Shown here piece by piece: positions 49,483 through 58,538 of a stretch of DNA of 64,000 nucleotides. Source of the stretch: an uncultured Clostridia bacterium. Lineage in GTDB: Bacteria > Bacillota > Clostridia > TANB77 > CAG-508. Within the stretch, counting starts at the first letter, position 1. Each line of letters opens with the position of its first letter. A program made the position numbers and the translations under genes. Location: contig CAKPIG010000002.1 in assembly GCA_934162255.1 (NCBI GenBank), positions 21,938 through 85,937 of the forward strand, given 5' to 3'. The notes under the pieces are model-generated. The model worked only from the letters and a program-made list of their open reading frames with translations. It did not search any database and was not told the origin of the DNA.

Positions 49483-51003
49483 ATGACTAAGAAAAAAGGA
49501 ATAATAATAGCTATAGTTATATTTATAATAATATTAAGTTTGGCAATCTCAATATACATGCCAAATAAAGAAAAAATAAAAGAAGATAGCACAACAGATG
49601 CATACTATTTATTAAAAAGAGAAGAAAAATATGGGGTAATAAATATAAATGGAGACATAATAATAGAACCACAATATGACAAGATAGTAATTCCAAACCA
49701 ACATAAAGCACTATTTATATGCAATAATGAAAACAGCAGAAAAATATTAAATGATAAAAACGAAGAAATATTAAAAAAATATGAAAACATTCAACCGATA
49801 GCATTATCAAATGCAGTCATAGAAAATTCATATGAAAAAAATGTGCTAAGATATAAAGCTGACGGAAAATATGGATTAATAACATATGAAGGAAAAATAA
49901 TAGTTAAAGCTAAATATGATGAAATATCAAGTTTGGGATATAGAGAAAACCAAATATTGATAAGAGAAAATGGAAAATATGGGCTAATAAACAATGAAGG
50001 AACACAAATAATAAAGCCAATATATGATACAATTCAATCAGATGAATATTATTCAATAGAAAATGATTATAAAAAATCAGGGTATATAGTTTGCAACACA
50101 ACATCAGAAGGCTATAGATACGGCTACTACGACTATGAAGCAAACAAAATACTAGATGCTGAATATAATAAAATAGAAAGACTAGAAGTACAAAATACAA
50201 ATGACATATATCTAATAGCTGCAAAAAATGGTCAATATGGGGTATTTGTAAATAATAATAAAATAATCAATACACAATATCAATCAATAGATTTTAATGA
50301 AAATGCTCAACTATTTACAGTAGAAAGAACTGGAAAATTTGGAGTTTTAAACAATAAAGGATCAGAAATATTAAAAGCAGAATATGATGAAGTTCAGATA
50401 GAAGGAATATATATATATACCAAAAAAGGAGAAGAAACAAAAGTATTTGATAAATCAGGAAAAGAAGTTGACATAGACTCAAACAAAGCAATAGAAGCAA
50501 CTCAAAATTCCAAATATTATATAGAAAAAGAAAATAATACATATAATATTTTAAATGAACAATTTGAAAAAATATCAAAAACAGGATATAGCTACTTAGA
50601 ACTATTATTTGATAAATATTTTATAGCAACTAATGAACAAGGAAAAACAGGAGTAATAGATTCAGAGGAAAATATAATAATAGAATTTAAATATAGTATG
50701 ATACAAGTAATTACAAGTAAAAATGCGGTTCAGGCAATTGATTTTGATACAGGAGAGGTAGAAATATATAACAATAAATTAGAAAAAACAATTGGAATGA
50801 AAGATATGAGCATAGTAAATGTAAATAAGTATATAAAAGTATATAATGAAGAAGAGGAAAAATATTTACATGAAGATGGAAATGTAATAGAAGATGAAAA
50901 AACTTTAGAGGAAATAAAAAAAGAAACAGCTGTAATGAAAATCAAAGATTTTAAAAGAGTTACATATGGTTCAGAACAATATTACTATGTAGAAGAAAAT
51001 TAG
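49483..51003 (+). CDS. WG-repeat (KWG) protein with an N-terminal membrane anchor
   Basis: Repeated xKYGxINxxGxxIIxPxYDxI units throughout, plus an N-terminal TM helix. Confidence 0.75.
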   Translation: MTKKKGIIIAIVIFIIILSLAISIYMPNKEKIKEDSTTDAYYLLKREEKYGVININGDIIIEPQYDKIVIPNQHKALFICNNENSRKILNDKNEEILKKYENIQPIALSNAVIENSYEKNVLRYKADGKYGLITYEGKIIVKAKYDEISSLGYRENQILIRENGKYGLINNEGTQIIKPIYDTIQSDEYYSIENDYKKSGYIVCNTTSEGYRYGYYDYEANKILDAEYNKIERLEVQNTNDIYLIAAKNGQYGVFVNNNKIINTQYQSIDFNENAQLFTVERTGKFGVLNNKGSEILKAEYDEVQIEGIYIYTKKGEETKVFDKSGKEVDIDSNKAIEATQNSKYYIEKENNTYNILNEQFEKISKTGYSYLELLFDKYFIATNEQGKTGVIDSEENIIIEFKYSMIQVITSKNAVQAIDFDTGEVEIYNNKLEKTIGMKDMSIVNVNKYIKVYNEEEEKYLHEDGNVIEDEKTLEEIKKETAVMKIKDFKRVTYGSEQYYYVEEN

Positions 51004-51030
51004 TAACAAAAATAAGATTAAATACATAAA

Positions 51031-51070
51031 AAAGAGTAAATAATAAAAATAGTTATTTACTCTTTTTTTT
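51031..51070 (+). terminator. rho-independent terminator
   Basis: 13-bp perfect stem AAAGAGTAAATAA / TTATTTACTCTTT followed by a T tract. Confidence 0.8.
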
Positions 51071-51086
51071 GAAAGGAAGTTTTAAA

Positions 51087-51939
51087 ATGGGAATAGGATT
51101 AGCCTTATCAGGTGGTGGAATTAGAGGAATTGCACATGCAGGTGTTTTAAAAGCATTAGAAGACAATCGGAATAAAAATAGAAGCAATATCTGGAACTAG
51201 TGCAGGGAGCCTAATTGCATCTTTATATGCAATTGGATATAAACCATATTACATTTATATTTTATTTAAAAAATATGCACAAGAAATAATAAACATAGGG
51301 AATGCACCAATATTAACAGGAATGAGAAATCTTGCAAGATATCAAAAAATAGGCGTATCAGGGTTAAATGATGGAACATTACTAGAAAAAATGTATAATC
51401 AATTAGCAGAAAAGAAAGGAATAAAAGTAATAGGAGATATAAAAATGCCTATTGCAATATCTACAGTAGATATAAGTGAAGCAAAAGAATATATAATCAC
51501 AAATTGTGCATCAAAAAATAATTTTGAAGATAACTATTTAACAGAGATATCAGTAGGAAAAGCAGTTAGAGCAAGTAGTAGTTTCCCTGCATTTTTCTGT
51601 CCATGCGAATATAAAAAACATATATTTATGGATGGAGGAGTATTAGATAATACACCTGTGATTCCACTGAAAAAGATTTACAATAAAAAGATTGTTTCAG
51701 TTAAATTTGAATCAGATACAGTGGAAGAAGATAGTGATGCAATGGATATAATAATGAAAACACTTGATATTATGGGAAGTAAAATAGCAGAAAAAAGTTT
51801 GAAAAAAAGTGATTTTGTTCTTACAGTTCCAAGTGATAGAACAGGACTACTTGATGTTGAAAAATTGGATAAATGCTATAAATTTGGCTATGATGCAGTT
51901 ATTAATAACCTAGATAAAATTGCTGAATTACAATTGTAG
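51087..51939 (+). pseudogene. patatin-like phospholipase with an apparent +1 frameshift
   Basis: MGIGLALSGGGIRGIAHAGVLKALEDN (oxyanion GGGxRG) in frame 0. After about 51167..51172 the frame switches to GIKIEAISGTSAGSLIASLY (GxSxG), continuing into ORF 51322..51939 (DGGVLDN). Confidence 0.75.
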
Positions 51940-51994
51940 CAAAATGAAGTAAATCGGAATATAATATCTAAACAATATATGGAGGAAATAGCTT

Positions 51995-53122
51995 ATGGAT
52001 ATTATATATTTTGATAATGCAGCTACAACAAAAATAAAAAGAGAAGTATTAGAAGAGATGATTCCATATTTGGGTATAGAATATGGCAATCCCTCTTCTT
52101 TATATTTTATAGGAAGAAAAGCAAAAAGAGCAATCGAAAAAGCAAGAAAACAAGTTGCAGAATTAATCAAGTGCAATCCAAAAGAAATATATTTTACAGG
52201 AAGTGGTTCTGAAGGTGATAACACAGCACTAAAAGGATATGCATATGCAAATAAAGAAAAAGGAAATCATATAATAACATCAAAAATAGAACACCCAGCA
52301 ATATTAGAAACATGTAAAAATCTTGAAAATAAAGGATTTAAAATAACATATATAGATGTAGATGAAGATGGAATTATTAATATAGAACAATTAAAAAATT
52401 CAATAACAGAGCAAACAATATTAATAAGTATAATGTTTGCCAACAATGAAGTGGGAACAATACAACCAATAAGAGAAATTGCTAAAATAGCACATGAAAA
52501 TAATATAGCATTTCATACAGATGCAGTTCAAGCTGTTGGAAATATTGATATAAATGTACAAGACATGCAAATAGATATGTTATCATTATCAGGACATAAA
52601 ATTAATGCACCAAAAGGAATAGGAGCATTATATATAAAAGAAGGAATTGAATTTGAAAGATTAATAGATGGTGGGCATCAAGAAAAAAATAAAAGAGCTG
52701 GAACTGAAAATGTTGCAGGAATAGTGGGATTAGGGAAAGCTTGTGAAATATCAAAAAATAATTTAGAAAAACACATAAAATATTTATCAAAACTTAGAGA
52801 CTATTATATAAGTAGATTAGAAAAGGAATGGCCAGAAAAAATAAAAATAAATGGAAGCATGAAAAATAGGTTACCGGGAAATGCAAATGTATCATTTGAA
52901 GGAATTGAAGCATCAGAAATAATTTTTAAACTAGATGAAAAAAATATATGTGTATCAAGTGGATCTGCATGTTCATCAGGAAACTCGGATCCATCACATG
53001 TTTTAACAGCAATGAAAATTCCAGAAAAATATATCAATTCTGCAATAAGAACAACATTTGGAGATAGTAACACATTTGAAGAAATTGACTATTTAATAAA
53101 CTCATTAAAAAATATATTATAA
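51995..53122 (+). CDS. nifS: cysteine desulfurase (NifS type)
   Basis: PLP-lysine motif LSGHKINAPKGIGALY and active-site SSGSACSS. Confidence 0.88.
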   Translation: MDIIYFDNAATTKIKREVLEEMIPYLGIEYGNPSSLYFIGRKAKRAIEKARKQVAELIKCNPKEIYFTGSGSEGDNTALKGYAYANKEKGNHIITSKIEHPAILETCKNLENKGFKITYIDVDEDGIINIEQLKNSITEQTILISIMFANNEVGTIQPIREIAKIAHENNIAFHTDAVQAVGNIDINVQDMQIDMLSLSGHKINAPKGIGALYIKEGIEFERLIDGGHQEKNKRAGTENVAGIVGLGKACEISKNNLEKHIKYLSKLRDYYISRLEKEWPEKIKINGSMKNRLPGNANVSFEGIEASEIIFKLDEKNICVSSGSACSSGNSDPSHVLTAMKIPEKYINSAIRTTFGDSNTFEEIDYLINSLKNIL

Positions 53123-53148
53123 AAAATAAAAAAAATTGCAAAAAGTAC

Positions 53149-53177
53149 TTGCAAAATAATAAAAAATGTATTATTAT
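53149..53177 (+). promoter_or_regulatory. putative promoter of the mraZ operon
   Basis: TTGCAA (53149..53154), 17-nt spacer, TATTAT (53172..53177). A second TTGCAA lies 13 nt upstream. Confidence 0.5.
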
Positions 53178-53184
53178 TTAATCG

Positions 53185-53210
53185 AAGTGGAGAAAAGTGG
53201 TACAAAGTGG
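53185..53210 (+). promoter_or_regulatory. MraZ operator: three AAGTGG boxes with 10-nt periodicity
   Basis: AAGTGG at 53185, 53195 and 53205, between the promoter and the mraZ RBS. This matches the known GTGG-repeat MraZ binding-site architecture. Confidence 0.7.
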
Positions 53211-53235
53211 TGAGCGAGAGAGGAGGAAAATTCAA

Positions 53236-53661
53236 TTGTTAATTGGTGAATATGAGCATTCTCTAGATGCAAAAGGCAGATTAATAATGCCAGCTAAATT
53301 AAGGCAAGACATTGGAGAAAAATTCATAATAACAAAAGGGTTGGATGGATGTTTGTTTGTATTCTCACAAAATGAATGGTTGAATTTCGAAACTAAATTA
53401 AAATCATTACCATTGTCAGATAAAAATGCAAGAAACTTTGTAAGATTTTTCTTGTCAGGTGCCACAGAATGTGAAATAGACAAACAAGGAAGATTCTTAA
53501 TTCCAAGTAATTTAAGAGAAGCTGCTAGCCTTGAAAAAGAAGCAATGATAGTAGGTGTAGGAACAAGACTTGAAATTTGGAATAAAGAAACATGGCAAAA
53601 ATTTGATGAAGAAATTTCAGCAGATGAAATTGCTGAAAACATGACAATGTTAGGTATATAA
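53236..53661 (+). CDS. mraZ: transcriptional regulator MraZ
   Basis: TTG start 9 nt after AGGAGG gives (M)[18 protein letters not shown]. Second SpoVT/AbrB repeat DKQGRFLIP. The track start 53197 lies inside the operator. Confidence 0.9.
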   Translation: MLIGEYEHSLDAKGRLIMPAKLRQDIGEKFIITKGLDGCLFVFSQNEWLNFETKLKSLPLSDKNARNFVRFFLSGATECEIDKQGRFLIPSNLREAASLEKEAMIVGVGTRLEIWNKETWQKFDEEISADEIAENMTMLGI

Positions 53662-53667
53662 TACTTG

Positions 53668-53758
53668 CAAAAGTTTATATAAAAACACAAAAGAAAAAAG
53701 TACAAAAGATATCATACAAAAGAAAAAATTGCAAAAGAAATATTCCAAAAAACAAAAG
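53668..53758 (+). repeat. six dispersed (A)CAAAAG(A) motifs in the mraZ-rsmH spacer
   Basis: CAAAAG at 53668, 53688, 53703, 53717, 53732 and 53753 (spacings 20, 15, 14, 15, 21). Confidence 0.6.
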
Positions 53759-53820
53759 AAATCAAGATACATAGGACAAGCAGCTGGTAAGAAAATTATT
53801 ATCAGCTGCGATTCATAATA

Positions 53821-54771
53821 TTGGAGGTAAAATTGGAATTTACACATAAGCCTGTATTGCTAGAAGAAACAATAGAAGGATTAAATATAAAAGAAAATGG
53901 AATATATGTAGATGGAACTTTAGGTGGAGCTGGACACAGCAAAGAAATTTTGAAAAGATTATCACCTAAAGGTTTACTTATTGGAATAGATAGAGATGAA
54001 GAAGCACTAAAAGCAGCAGAACAGAATTTGAAAGAATATTCAAATGTAAAATATGTACATGGAAACCATGATGAAATAAAAAAAATACTAGAAGACCTTG
54101 GAATAAATAAAGTTGATGGAATATTATTAGATTTAGGAGTATCATCATATCAATTAGATGAAAAAACAAGAGGGTTCAGCTATCTAGGAAATAATGAACT
54201 AGATATGAGAATGGATAAAACTCAAAAATTAACAGCAAAAGAAGTTGTAAACAATTACTCAGAAGAAAACTTAGCAAAAATAATATATGAATATGGAGAA
54301 GAAAGATTTTCAAAACAAATAGCAAAAAACATTTGTCAAGCAAGAAAAGTAAAAGAAATAACTACAACAAATGAATTAGTAGATATAATAGAAAAATCAA
54401 TACCATCATTTGCAAAAAAGGATGGACATCCAGCAAAAAGAACATTCCAAGCAATTAGAATAGAAGTAAATGATGAAATAAAACCATTATATGAAACAAC
54501 TAGAAAATGTATTGAATTATTAGAAAACAAAGGACGATTATGTATAATAACATTTCACTCACTAGAAGATAGAGCAGTAAAAAATGCATATATAGATGCA
54601 ACTGGAAAATGTACATGTCCAAAGGATTTACCATATTGCGTATGTGGTGCAAAGTCAGAAGGAATTATAATAAATAAGAAACCAATAATAGCAACAGAAG
54701 AAGAGCAAAATGAAAATTCAAGATCAAAAAGTGCAAAATTAAGAATTTTCGAAAAAAGAGATAAACAATAA
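53821..54771 (+). CDS. rsmH: 16S rRNA (cytosine1402-N4)-methyltransferase RsmH
   Basis: HKPVLLEE, DGTLGGAGHS and DLGVSSYQLD motifs. The true start may be TTG 53833 (GGAGG at 53823..53827). Confidence 0.93.
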   Translation: MEVKLEFTHKPVLLEETIEGLNIKENGIYVDGTLGGAGHSKEILKRLSPKGLLIGIDRDEEALKAAEQNLKEYSNVKYVHGNHDEIKKILEDLGINKVDGILLDLGVSSYQLDEKTRGFSYLGNNELDMRMDKTQKLTAKEVVNNYSEENLAKIIYEYGEERFSKQIAKNICQARKVKEITTTNELVDIIEKSIPSFAKKDGHPAKRTFQAIRIEVNDEIKPLYETTRKCIELLENKGRLCIITFHSLEDRAVKNAYIDATGKCTCPKDLPYCVCGAKSEGIIINKKPIIATEEEQNENSRSKSAKLRIFEKRDKQ

Positions 54772-54791
54772 GATGAAAGGAGGTAAGTAGC

Positions 54792-55316
54792 ATGCCAAGA
54801 AGTGCATATCAGTATGAAACAAGCCCAAGAAAATATGAACCAGAATACACATATACAAGAACAATAAAAAAACAAGAAACAACTAAAAAATCTCCAAGTA
54901 AAGCTGAAATCAAAAAAAGATTAGAAAAAGAAAGAGCTAGAAAAGCTGAAGAAAAAAAGAAAAAATCAAGACAATTAATAGTTGTTTTTGCAATATTTGG
55001 AATGCTACTTGCAGTAAGCTATAGAGAAATTTCAATAATGGAAATGTTCAATCAAAAAAAAGAACTAGAAAATCAATTATCATTAATTCAAAAAGAAGAT
55101 GGACAAGTAGAAAAAAATATAAAAGAAGTAGAAAGTACATTAGACTGGAATAAAATAAAACAAGTTGCATCAGAACAATTAGGAATGCAAGTAAAAGAAG
55201 GGACAGCAATAGAGTTAGAAAAATCAGATAATGTTGAAACAAAAACAAAATATATTCAAGATGAAAAAACAAATATAATAGAACAAATAATAGAAAAAAT
55301 TATAAACAAAAAATAG
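54792..55316 (+). CDS. ftsL: FtsL-like cell division protein (septum formation initiator family)
   Basis: Position after rsmH. Basic N-terminus, a single TM (LIVVFAIFGMLLAVSY), then a coiled coil. Confidence 0.55.
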   Translation: MPRSAYQYETSPRKYEPEYTYTRTIKKQETTKKSPSKAEIKKRLEKERARKAEEKKKKSRQLIVVFAIFGMLLAVSYREISIMEMFNQKKELENQLSLIQKEDGQVEKNIKEVESTLDWNKIKQVASEQLGMQVKEGTAIELEKSDNVETKTKYIQDEKTNIIEQIIEKIINKK

Positions 55317-55351
55317 AAGTTTCTACAAAATATATAGAAACCTCTATTTTT
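55315..55351. terminator. bidirectional terminator between ftsL and the convergent HD-GYP gene
   Basis: AGAAGTTTCTA-N9-TAGAAACCTCT (one mismatch) followed by ATTTTTT. Confidence 0.6.
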
Positions 55352-56286
55352 TATACTTTTAAACTTTTTATGATTTTTATTTCTTTATATAAACCATCTA
55401 AAATGTTCTTTCTTAAATTATATGCTTCTCTAAATTCTTCATACAAATTATAAAAATTATCAAGACTCTCATCATGTCTTAAAAGCATATCAATATATTG
55501 TTCATAATAAAGAATATCATTTTTCTTAGTTGCAGAATTTTTTCTTTGAATATAAGTATCAATTTTTTTGAATCTAGAAAGTTCTTTATCTAAGTATTTT
55601 ACATAGTCCATAGTATAAGAAATTTCCAATTCAACATCATTAATTACAACTTTTAATAATTTTTTTACAACCAATTTATTATTTTTTCCTGCCATTGTAA
55701 AACCAGTATTAAGAGGTGCATTTGGTGTTGGTTTAGTATTCTCAATAATAATCTTTAAAGCATCGGAAATACCAATATGTGATTTATATTGTCTCTTAGA
55801 AACAAGAGCATCATATTCATCAGCAACTCTAATAATTTGCGCCTCAAAAGGAATATCTTTTTTTATCAAACCTTGAGGATAACCAGTTCCATCAAGTGCT
55901 TCATGATGATAATATGGTCCAGCATGATAAGGACGTAATTTTAAATCTTTCATACATAATTGATATCCTAAAGTAGTATGAGTCTTCATAATTTCAAACT
56001 CTTCATCTGTAAGAGCAGCAGGCTTTTGCAATATTTTAGCTGGAATAAAAAGTTTTCCGATATCATGTAAATAAGCACAAGTAACACAATACTCTGTAAA
56101 ACCTTTAGAACAATGAAGTTTTTTACATAAGTTACAAGTAATTGTAGCAACATTTTCAGAATGTTTTCTAGTAAAAATATCTAAAGAATCAAGCAAATTT
56201 AACTGATATTGAATAGCTTTATCAAGATTATATGATTTTAAATAAGTTTGGTCGTAAAAATCAAAACCATCATTTGAAAATTCCAT
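55351..56286 (-). CDS. HD-GYP domain cyclic-di-GMP phosphodiesterase family protein
   Basis: HD (YLHDIGK) and HHEALDGTGYPQGL motifs. ATG at 56286 follows AAAGGAG; the track start 56307 is a TTG inside or before the RBS. Confidence 0.85.
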   Translation of the reverse strand: MEFSNDGFDFYDQTYLKSYNLDKAIQYQLNLLDSLDIFTRKHSENVATITCNLCKKLHCSKGFTEYCVTCAYLHDIGKLFIPAKILQKPAALTDEEFEIMKTHTTLGYQLCMKDLKLRPYHAGPYYHHEALDGTGYPQGLIKKDIPFEAQIIRVADEYDALVSKRQYKSHIGISDALKIIIENTKPTPNAPLNTGFTMAGKNNKLVVKKLLKVVINDVELEISYTMDYVKYLDKELSRFKKIDTYIQRKNSATKKNDILYYEQYIDMLLRHDESLDNFYNLYEEFREAYNLRKNILDGLYKEIKIIKSLKV

Positions 56287-56385
56287 AAAATAGTCTCCTT
56301 TAAACAAATTCTATTTTATAATAACATTAAAACAAAAAAAGTGCAATAGAAATAATAAATGTCGAAAACTGTCGATGAAAAGTTC

Positions 56386-56414
56386 TTGACAAAATAACCA
56401 TAAGATGTTAACAT
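56386..56414 (+). promoter_or_regulatory. putative promoter for the sortase operon
   Basis: TTGACA (56386..56391), 17-nt spacer, extended -10 TGtTAACAT (56406..56414). Confidence 0.5.
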
Positions 56415-56512
56415 ATTTGTAGAATTTAAATCAAATTATTAAATCTAAAAATTTTTTTCGAAAAAAATCAAAAACCCAAAAACAAATTAAATAAAGAGGT
56501 GATGTTTATTTA

Positions 56513-57061
56513 TTGATGAAAAACAAAATAAAACTCATATTAATTTGTGTAACAATATTTATTATTCAAATTAGTATATATCAAATAACTAGAGATTACA
56601 GAAAAACAGAAGACGATATAGAAATAATGCAAAATATAAGTGATATAACTTCAGAAAACGAAATACAAGAAAATAACTGGAAAATAGAAATACCTAAGAT
56701 TGAACTTAAAGCAGAAATTGCAGAAGGAACAAGTAAAGAAATACTAAATAAATATGTTGGGCATTTTGAAAATACACAAACAGAAATAGGAAATATTGGA
56801 TTGGCAGCACATAATAGAGGATATGAAGTAAATTATTTTGAAAAATTAAAACTACTACAAGAAGGAGATGAAATTATATATCAATTTGGTCAAAATCAAA
56901 AAATCTATGAAGTAGAAAAAAATATCATAATAAAAGACACTGATTGGGAAAGATTAGAAAATACAGAAGACAATCAATTAACACTAATAACATGTGTAGA
57001 AAATGAACCAGAATATAGAAGATGCGTACAAGCATTAGAAAGAGAGGAAATAGTTGAATAA
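56513..57061 (+). CDS. sortase (class D-like)
   Basis: N-terminal TM. Catalytic His (LAAHN), TLITC Cys motif, downstream Arg (YRRCV). Confidence 0.85.
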   Translation: MMKNKIKLILICVTIFIIQISIYQITRDYRKTEDDIEIMQNISDITSENEIQENNWKIEIPKIELKAEIAEGTSKEILNKYVGHFENTQTEIGNIGLAAHNRGYEVNYFEKLKLLQEGDEIIYQFGQNQKIYEVEKNIIIKDTDWERLENTEDNQLTLITCVENEPEYRRCVQALEREEIVE

Positions 57062-58061
57062 AATAATAAAAATTTTAGCATTAATTAGCTTAATAATAGT
57101 AGTAAATACTGTAATACTTATAAATACAGTAAAAGCCGTAGAAACAAAAGAAAATACAATATACTCAAAAGGAATATTTGAAAGAGTAATAAAATATAAA
57201 GGAATGCTTGTAAAAACTGCTAATGCAGTATATGAGTCAAATGGAGTAGAATATCCAGCATATTGTTTAAATGTAGAACTAAAAGGAGTAGGAAATGAAA
57301 TTCCCACATATCAAGTAACAAATTTAGGAAAAATAGATGATGTAAAACTATGGAGAATAATGATAAATGGATATCCATATAAAAGTTTGGAAGAATTGGG
57401 AGTTGAAAGCATAGGAGAGGCATATACAGCAACAAAACAAGCAATATACTGTTATACTGCAGGAAATGACCCAATGGAATACACAGGAATAAATGAATCA
57501 GGAGAAAGAGTTGCTAATGCAATAAGAAAAATTGTGGCAGATGCTGGAAATACACAAGAAGAAATAGGAGAAAAACTAATAAAAATAGAAGCATTAGATG
57601 AACAATGGAAAAAAGAAGGAGACTATATAGTAAAACAATATAAAGTCACAACAAATATTAATATATCTGGATATGAAATAAAATTAGAAGGAATAAGAAC
57701 AGACACCAAAATAACAGATACAGAAAATAATTTAACAGATAAATTTAATTCAAATGAAGTTTTTAAAATATCAATACCAACAGAAAATCTTGAAGAATCA
57801 GGAAAATTTAAAATCCAAGTAATAACTCAAATGGAAACAAAGCCAATATTTTTTGGACAAGCACCAAGTAGTGATTTACAAAATTATGCACTAACAGCAT
57901 ATTCATATGAAGATGTTGATGAAGTATTTATAGAAAAATACAATTATGAAAAGCCAAAGCCACCAGAAGAGCCTTCTGAAGAGCCACCACAAGAACCTCC
58001 CAAAGAAGAACCACCAGCTCCAATATTAGAAATTCCTAAATTGCCAGTAACAGGTAGGTAA
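57054..58061 (+). CDS. secreted thioester-domain (TQXA/TED-like) adhesin with a Pro-rich stalk and C-terminal LPVTG
   Basis: Signal peptide, PAYCLN Cys motif, ATKQAIY Gln motif, PKPPEEPSEEPPQEPPKEEPP stalk. The ORF ends LPVTGR* with no hydrophobic tail. Confidence 0.6.
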   Translation: MNKIIKILALISLIIVVNTVILINTVKAVETKENTIYSKGIFERVIKYKGMLVKTANAVYESNGVEYPAYCLNVELKGVGNEIPTYQVTNLGKIDDVKLWRIMINGYPYKSLEELGVESIGEAYTATKQAIYCYTAGNDPMEYTGINESGERVANAIRKIVADAGNTQEEIGEKLIKIEALDEQWKKEGDYIVKQYKVTTNINISGYEIKLEGIRTDTKITDTENNLTDKFNSNEVFKISIPTENLEESGKFKIQVITQMETKPIFFGQAPSSDLQNYALTAYSYEDVDEVFIEKYNYEKPKPPEEPSEEPPQEPPKEEPPAPILEIPKLPVTGR

Positions 58062-58130
58062 AAAATTGTATAAAATTTCACGAAAAGGAAAAAATTAGAA
58101 TATAAGATATTATTACAAGGAGTTGATATA

Positions 58131-58472
58131 GTGAAAACAAGTGATATGAAAAACATGGTAGTATTAAAAAACATACCATCAAATATGGTTGAAGAAGCCA
58201 TTATAATATTTAAAGAAACACAAAAAGTGAGACAACGTGAACTCATAGATAAAAATAATGAAGTAAAACTTGATGAGCAACAAACAAAATCAAAAGAATA
58301 TATTGTAAAAGAAGCAGAAGACCTTATAGAAGACTATATCAACAAAATTGAGAATAGTAAGAAAACAGATATTAATAACAGAAATTTTAAAAATAAATAT
58401 TATAAATTAAAAAAATATAGCATTATTTCCACAATATGCCTATTAATAAGCATAATAATAAATTTCATATAA
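58131..58472 (+). CDS. hypothetical tail-anchored protein
   Basis: 113 aa, GTG start after AAGGAG, charged body, C-terminal TM (IISTICLLISIIINFI). Confidence 0.45.
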   Translation: MKTSDMKNMVVLKNIPSNMVEEAIIIFKETQKVRQRELIDKNNEVKLDEQQTKSKEYIVKEAEDLIEDYINKIENSKKTDINNRNFKNKYYKLKKYSIISTICLLISIIINFI

Positions 58473-58538
58473 TGAACATAAAACACTTTGTCAATGCATA
58501 AAATGCAATATACAAAGTGTTTTATTGTGGAGGAAATT

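Noticed and set aside
53232-53705. 157-aa minus-strand ORF over mraZ. The same applies to the many similar antisense ORFs in the track (for example 106..543, 3885..4283, 13322..13603, 14603..14899, 23902..24327, 24767..25180, 27357..27899, 40828..41313).
   Set aside because: All lie opposite well-supported genes, are rich in Ser, Phe, Ile and Leu as expected for antisense A/G-rich coding DNA, and lack RBSs.
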